In this document: piece after piece, positions 56,375 through 64,000 of the stretch
Numbering within the stretch: position 1 is the stretch's first letter
Layout: the number at the start of each line of letters is the position of its first letter
DNA from: Octopus vulgaris
Lineage: Eukaryota
Length of the DNA: 64,000 nt
Direction: 5' to 3'
Assembly (NCBI GenBank): GCA_951406725.2
Contig: OX597823.1
Span: 111,538,001-111,602,000, forward strand
Made by a program: the position numbers and the translations under genes
The notes under the pieces: generated by a model
What the model saw: the letters and a program-made list of their open reading frames with translations, nothing else
Database searches by the model: none
Told to the model about the DNA's origin: nothing

Positions 56375-57330
56375 CAGAGGTGCCGAATTTAAAGCAACTG
56401 AAGTTTCGGGCTTTAATATCTATCAATAAATGTGATAAGATATGAAAATTATACATCATTATAAAACCTTAGAGTGTCTTCGTTTTGTTTCAGACTAAAT
56501 AAATTCAGATTTATAAATTATATAATGGTTATAGACTGAAACATAATCGTAGCTTTCCACAAAAGAAGTAAAAGTAATACAGCTAAAGCAAAAAAGCTAA
56601 AAATTAACTGAATCACAGTGTGGAAAATCGTCAAGGAATATCAAGAGACTGGTTCCATCGCTCATTGACCTGGATGTGGCTGAAAAAGAAGTGTGCAGTC
56701 TTCTCAGCTTATCAAAAGTACCAGAAAAATGATACAGTGATATCGTCATCATTCCATCAGAAAATTGGCTGCTACAGCAAAAATAAGCTGAACATCGATG
56801 TATTGAGTGCTGAAGGAGGACTGCAGGACCCATCCCTACAAGGTGATCTACTTTCATGAGCTCACACAAGTTTAGAAGGCCACAAGACTGGAGAGAAGCC
56901 ATCTTATCCTGTGTCAGTTTGCTGAAGGCTTGCGACCCAGCTTGATGTTCACTGATGAAAAGAAATTTGACATCAGAGTGTAAACCACCAGAATAACCGA
57001 CTTTGGAGTGTATTTGATTCCGTTGAGGGCAGACTTATAAATTGATGTCAACATCCATAGTCAGTTATGGTTTGGGCTGCTGTAAAAGCCACTGGAGGGT
57101 CTCACCTCATTTTTGTACCCTCAGGTGTTAAAATTAACGTCCACCAATTCATTAGTGACAGTCTGGAAGCTGAAGTGCTTCCATGGGTGAAGCACACCTT
57201 GGAGTCTCCGATAGGACTCAGCACCATCTCCCAGCTCCAAACAGACACGACATTGGATTCAGAAAAACATTTTGTCATTCACAGGTAAGGACATATGGCC
57301 CACAAGAAACCCCAATCGAAGAAGCTAATG
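56375..57330 (+). pseudogene. Decayed Tc1/mariner-superfamily transposon, DD37D/maT-like
   Basis: TA|CAGAGGTG start, FTDEKKFDI, NHQNNRLW, SVMVWAAV..LIFVPSGVKIN and DSAP motifs, with frameshifts. Confidence 0.8.
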
Positions 57331-57512
57331 TGGCTGACGATATGCCAATCAGATTCACTGTTGCTATGGTATGCAGGTAAGTGATTGCCCTATATGATGA
57401 TGAAAATTTAAAAAAATTTACGAATTGAAAGAATAAAAGTACATCTCTGAAGAATGACAAGTAACCTGAAGCAGATTGACATGAAATTTCCAGTTAATAT
57501 TTTGTCTACTTG

Positions 57513-57710
57513 AAGGTGGCAAACTGGCAGCATTGTTAGCATGACAGGCAAAAGGCCTTATGACATTTTGTCTTTACATTCTGAGTTCAAATTCTACTGA
57601 GCTCGACTTTTGTAGGTCAATAAGTTAAGTACCAGTTAAACACTGAGATCGATGTAATCGACTTACCTCTGGTCCCAGGTTTGCTGGGTTTGAGTCATAA
57701 TTTGAAAGCA
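57513..57710 (+). mobile_element. SINE family A, diverged
   Basis: GGTGGCAAACTGGCAG..CTGAGTTCAAATTC..TAAGTACCAGTT. Confidence 0.8.
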
Positions 57711-58131
57711 ATATTTAGTCTAATTAAGAGAACAATCAAATGTTTTTATATCGTTACGATCCCCACCTCTAAAGGTTTTCTAGATAACTTTCAACTTATT
57801 TATATTACTGATATTCTGAATTACACTGTTCTCTCTCTGTCCCTTTCTCTCTCTCTCTCTCCCTCGCTCTCTCTCCATGTATATGTACACATATACACAT
57901 ACACATACACACACACACACGCACACACATATACATGCATACAGACACACAAACATACACATTTTATATGAAGCAATATCCACAGGCACACAGAGACTTA
58001 CATATATATATATATATTAAAATTAGGGTTCAGCAAAGATTTACTTTACCACATACTGAAGTTTAGAAATAGCAGCCAAAGAACCTTAGCAATTTCTTCT
58101 ACTTTAAGAAGAGACTCTCGGACAAAAACAT

Positions 58132-58530
58132 ATATATATATATATAAAAGAGAAGTTGTGTGTCTGTCTCCTACGATTTAGATTCCTAACTACTCCCACA
58201 TTTTGCGGTGCAGTTTAACCAAAACCGGGTATCTTATAGTTGTGATTCATATCGAGCCCTTCAGGGTATTAGCGCGCGTCTACGATGAGTCTACGATTTA
58301 AAAAAAAATTTACCGTCATTTTTTTCCATTTTAATGCATTTTTTCGCTATTATATAAGGGAAGTAACTCTCTAAATATGTCTACGATGAGTCAACGATTT
58401 AAAAAAAAATTACCATAATTTTTTTTCCATTTTTAATGCATTTTTTGCTATTTTTTGGCTATAACTCTCTAAAAATGCTTATATATTTATTTCCCTTACA
58501 AACCCGAGCAACGCCAGGTGATACTGCTAG
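58132..58530 (+). mobile_element. Non-autonomous Helitron with an internal about 100 bp duplication
   Basis: 3' AACCCGAGCAACGCCAGGTGATACTGCTAG|T. TCTACGATGAGTC..ACGATTTAAAAAAAA occurs twice. Confidence 0.8.
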
Positions 58531-59019
58531 TATATATATATATCAAGCACACACATAAATATGCCCCACATGACAACTCTCACCATCACTTCCGCGACTC
58601 CCGTCATCACTCGTTATGGCCATCTGCCCTCTCCCTCTTATGTAGCATCTCCCACTATCACTCCTGCCTTCTCATTCTGTGCAATCGTCTGTTCCACTTT
58701 ATCACCCGCAGGTATAGCCTCGAGGCTATATCTATACACAACTCCACCACCAGCTACCTCTCTTGTCTCTGTATCTGTCTATATTTTTAGTTTCTGTCTC
58801 TTTCTCCCTATATTTCTCCCTAACCCTATCTCTCCTTCTCTCCTTCCTTTCCCATCTGGAGTAGCCATGCATCTCCTCTATTGCAAGACACCTAATCTCT
58901 ACACCTTTATTATTCTTTAATCTTCAAAATTGTATAAAGCCGCCTCTCCTGTTGAGGGTGGGGGTCTTTTTCTCGCAAAGTACTTGGTGAACCTGTCGAT
59001 GCTGGGGCTATGTAAAAAT

Positions 59020-59645
59020 TCACTCTGTACACTGGTCAGTAATAGAATGGGTATCCAGCCATAAAAAAAAAACCATGCCAAAGCAGACAGGACTTGGCAC
59101 AAATCTTCTGGCTTACCAGCTCCTGTGAAACCATCCAATCCATGCTAACATGGGAAATGGACATTAAAGGATGATGATGATGATGATGAAGATGGCAATG
59201 AAGATGTCATCATCATCATTATCACCACCACCACCACCACCACCGTCGTCGTCATCGTCATCGTCATCATCATCATCATCAATGTTTGATGTCCATTTTC
59301 TAAGCATAAAATGTGGCTGGTGTTTGGAAGGGCATCCAGCTGTAGAAACGATGCCAAAAAGATCTTGGTTCTCTGGCTTGTCAGCTCTCATATATGTATA
59401 TATATCATCATCACCATCATCATCATCAGCATCATCATCATCATCGTTTAACCACCGCTTTCCATGCTAGCATGGGTTGGACATATATATATATATATAT
59501 ATATGGAGTGGTTGGCATCAGGAAGGGCATCCAACTGTAGAAACACTGCCAGATCAGACAGGAGACTGGTGCAGCCTCCTGGTTTCCCAGATCCCGTTCG
59601 AACCGTCCAACCCATGCTAGCATGGAAAACGGATGTTAAACGATT

Positions 59646-59676
<31 letters not shown>
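59020..59676. mobile_element. Cluster of SINE family C fragments in both orientations
   Basis: Plus copies at about 59020-59190, 59320-59360 and 59504-59676. Minus fragment at about 59430-59481. Confidence 0.8.
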
Positions 59677-59677
<1 letters not shown>

Positions 59678-60068
59678 ATATATATACACATATATATATG
59701 ATGAAGATGATGACGCAGATTAGGAAAACGGCTACAATAATGAAAATGATGCTGGTAATAATAAGAGGTAGAAGAAGGGGCCATACAGCGAAAGAGGAGG
59801 AAAACCAATTCTCTCTTTTGATGCTAACACTGTATTAGAATAAAATATGAAAAATAAATTTAAATAACAAAAACGAACTATCCACGAGAAATAATGTAGT
59901 ACATAGACTGACAACTTATCAACCCCATCCTCTCAGCCCCTTTAGACACCTTCCCAGTATAGCTCCCATTGCCTCAAAGCCACACTATTTCATTACTGGT
60001 GATTATTTTATTATCGAACAAAATTTACAATGAGCTACATACATACACATATATGTACTTGCATGTGT

Positions 60069-60271
<203 letters not shown>

Positions 60272-60718
60272 CTGATAGATAGGTATGAGATGAAAACTAT
60301 CAATAAATTATCAGAACTGAAAATTTATTCATGATCAAATTGACAAAAAGAAGAAAAAATCTTTTTAAAGCATTAGTGTCAGAATCAAATTGGAGTGGAA
60401 TTTAATGAAATTTTCACTGACTTCCAGGGCATAGCTATATGTGTCTATACATGTATGTATACAAGAAAATATGTATTTATGTATTTATGTGTGTGTGTGT
60501 ATGTATATGTAAATACATACTCACACACATAAATATACACACATAAATACATTACATACATACATATATATCTGAATGAATATATATTTGAATGTGCGTA
60601 TATGTGTGTGTGTGTGTATGTATATGTCTATGCATGTATGTATGTGTGTGTGTGCATATATATATATATGTGTGTGTGTGTATATATGTATATATATATA
60701 TGTACATACATATATGTG

Positions 60719-60768
<50 letters not shown>

Positions 60769-61327
60769 CATGTATATGTGTGTCTTTGTGTGCATGTATG
60801 TATATTATATATATTTGCATTATTTGTTTTTTGTTTTTATAGAGCTATCTATCTATTTATGTTGTCTGACCATGGGGAAAATTATAATTTCATAATCTGA
60901 AAGAAATTGAAGAAAAAATCTAATTTCAGATAAATGAAAAAAATTATGAAGATTGTCAATATATGACTCTGTCCATGTATATATGTGTGTGTGTGTGTGT
61001 GTGTATGTGTGTATGTGTATGCATATTTGTGTGCATATGCATTTGTTTGTGTGTGCGTGTGTGTGTGACAAAGTAAGAGAGAAAGAGAGAGGGTGACAGA
61101 GAGAGAGGGAGAGAAAAAGGGAAAGGAAGATCATGTGTATGCATGTGCATGGGTATAGGATTATCTAAATTGTTTCTTATATAGTTAGATGCATCTACTT
61201 AATGTCACTCTCCCTGCATATCTACAAATATGTGCAAAGAACCCCACACAAACATACATATACACATATATATATATATGCACATGTATATATACATATA
61301 CATATATACATATATACATATATACAT

Positions 61328-61372
<45 letters not shown>

Positions 61373-61459
61373 CATATATATATTAAATATGTATGCATAT
61401 ATATTTCCCAATATCCTGATAAAAGCATATATGAGTGTAAGAGTATATATACATGTGTC

Positions 61460-61526
<67 letters not shown>

Positions 61527-61786
61527 GTATATATACATATGTATGTATATATATTGATATATGCATAGTTCTATATGAATGTGTGTCTCTATTTGCATTG
61601 AAATATATGGGTAAAGTGACATGACTAGACACTAAAACTAGCATTAAATATAATATATTTTATCGGAAGCTTAAAGTTTAGAAATCATTACTTTGAGATT
61701 CTCGTTGGCATTCTAACCAACTGATGGTCACTAGGGAAAAGCTAATAGTAATAATTTGTGAAATAGCAGCTGGAAATAAATTATAT

Positions 61787-61851
61787 GCATCTATCTATCT
61801 ATCTGTCTGTCTGTCTGTCTGTCTGTCTCTGGTGGGCTGGCTGGCTGACTG

Positions 61852-61894
<43 letters not shown>

Positions 61895-61895
61895 G

Positions 61896-61954
<59 letters not shown>

Positions 61955-62052
61955 GTCTGTCTGTCTGTCTTTCTGGCTGACTGGCTGGTTGGGTTGCTGG
62001 CTATCTATCTATCTATCTATCTGTCTGTCTCTATCTATTTATCTATCTATCC

Positions 62053-62084
<32 letters not shown>

Positions 62085-62157
62085 GTCTATCTATTTATAT
62101 ATCTATCTATCTATCTATCTATATCTATCAATCTATCTATCTATCTATCTATCTGTC

Positions 62158-62190
<33 letters not shown>

Positions 62191-62259
62191 TTATCTATCT
62201 ATCTATTTATATATCTATCTATCTATATCTATCAATCTATCTATCTATCTATCTATCTA

Positions 62260-62301
<42 letters not shown>

Positions 62302-62461
62302 AGTCTGGCTGGCTGGCAATCTATCTATTTATCTATCTATCAATCTATCTCTCTCTCTCTCTTTATCTATCTATCTATCAATCTATCTATGTATCAATCT
62401 ATCTGTCTCTATCTATCTATCTATCTATCTATCAATCTATCTATGTATCAATCTATCTGTC

Positions 62462-62506
<45 letters not shown>

Positions 62507-62585
62507 GTATCAATCTATCTGTCTCTATCTATCTATCTATCAATATATCTATGTATCTATCTATCTGTCTCTATCAATCTGTCTA
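61787..62585. repeat. About 800 bp compound (CTAT)n/(CTGT)n/(CTGG)n satellite
   Basis: Direct reading. Confidence 0.98.
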
Positions 62586-62899
62586 TTATTATTATAAATG
62601 TACACAAGCAGCTTGATTCAGCTCCACATCTTCTTAAGATGTTATGGACACAGAATAGTTTCACATTCTCAGATATTTGAAGGCAGAGTAAAAAAGCATT
62701 CAAATGAAATTTGAATTGGCCTCCTGGTGAGAATATTTGAGTCTCCATTGGCCACTTCAGATCAGACCACGTGGATATTGTAACAAGGCTGAGATTCTAA
62801 TTTCTTCATTTGGTGCACCACGTGGTAGAAGAGGTTGTGTTAGCATCTGGTAGTTTGTGTTCTGTTGAGGTTGAAGTTTCAGTGATGCTAGTTACCTTG

Positions 62900-63420
62900 C
62901 AACAAGATAATGTGTTTGATGGTATCATGCTTTAATTATATCTTTTATAATATTGCATGCCACAACAGAAACTAAGATGCATCCATAGTTTTCACTCCAC
63001 ACTTCAGCCTGTAACTATTGAAATCACAGCAAATACTCACTGGGGGTGATTCTGTTTCTCAAAGGCTGTGATCATGACAGCCACCTTCAGATACTATACA
63101 GACATAACAACCAATGATTTCAAAGGAAAATCACCACCACATATGCACTCCTTTGGGTGTACAGACGGGAAAGATCAACTCCTTGACTTGCTTCATCTTG
63201 AGACCTAAGGAAATAACTTCCCGTACATCACATGGAGCATATTTGACAGGGCCTCTCCTTACTCCCAAGGAGTTTGTAATTGCTAATCCTGCTTTCATAA
63301 AAAAAACTGCATATACTGCAATAACGTATTGTATCCACCAACAGGAAAACTGAATTATCTTATAGTTATCACCAAAAATATTGCCTTTCAATGAACTTCA
63401 AAACATTGACCAGTGATAAC
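62900..63420 (+). pseudogene. Penelope-like element GIY-YIG C-terminal remnant
   Basis: Manual translation SKAVIMTATFRYYTDITTNDFK..HMHSF..ITWSIFDRASPYSQGVCNC*SCF..NRKTEL resembles IxWSILxxAxxY..CxLC..NKRSEL. Confidence 0.7.
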
Positions 63421-64000
63421 TTGAAATACCAGGCTTTCCCTAGCTGTCCTACATACTGCTGCAGGGCATATAATTCCTGTTTGCCAACTGTGATATATTC
63501 ACTCTTCAGCCTATCACTGGAGCTGTAATAGAAGACATTAGCCCAAGGTGCCAAGCTGTGAGACTGAACCAGGCACTATATGTTTGGGAAGCAAACTTCA
63601 TACCACACTGCTGCTCTGTAGAGATATCTATAATTGCATACATGCATGTGTTTCATATTTCCTACTTTAATCTTTCTCAGATACTTATATTTTTAGGTTC
63701 TTCATTGTGTATATTTTGACTTCCTTGGAAATAAATTTTCAAAAGATATTCTGTCTTATAATTGGTAAAATATAAAAACTTCAAAATGAAAAACAAAAAT
63801 AGCACACGTATTATCAATTAGAAATATCCCAAAATGCCAAATGTGCAATATTAGAAGATAGCTAAATTACATACAAGTAAAAATATCGATGAATACCATA
63901 CAAGATATACAATAACTTTAAAGTGAAAGAGTATATAAATAAATTTTAGAGATATATTTTGCGCTATTAGAAAAAAGAAATATCATTGCTGATTTCTGCA

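Noticed and set aside
61724-62680. 318 aa and 270 aa ORFs, the longest in the window
   Set aside because: Translations of (CTAT)n satellite (SIYL repeats) that lack stops by composition.

Overview
AT-rich, microsatellite-saturated eukaryotic DNA, intronic or intergenic. The SINE families and (TA)n/(CTAT)n density resemble an octopod cephalopod genome (inference). I found no host protein-coding gene, rRNA, true tRNA or CRISPR array, and almost all listed ORFs are translations of simple repeats. The window contains at least five SINE families (four with visible tRNA-like heads), 3' ends of CR1-, RTE- and R4/Dong-like LINEs, decayed mariner and DD37D-like transposases, non-autonomous Helitrons, Tc1- and piggyBac-type MITEs, a 1.16 kb tandem duplication and five Penelope-like (GIY-YIG) fossils. 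The main signal is about a dozen short elements, most wedged between (TA)n tracts, carrying minimal type I hammerhead ribozyme folds (stem I, CUGANGA, stem II, GAAA, short palindromic stem III, UH). Some are canonical and some have recurrent non-canonical cores (U3:A8, U6 plus extra A, C9). Three sit in long fold-back palindromes. They are best explained as Penelope pseudo-LTR or retrozyme-like units. All coordinates were read by eye and may be off by a few bases.
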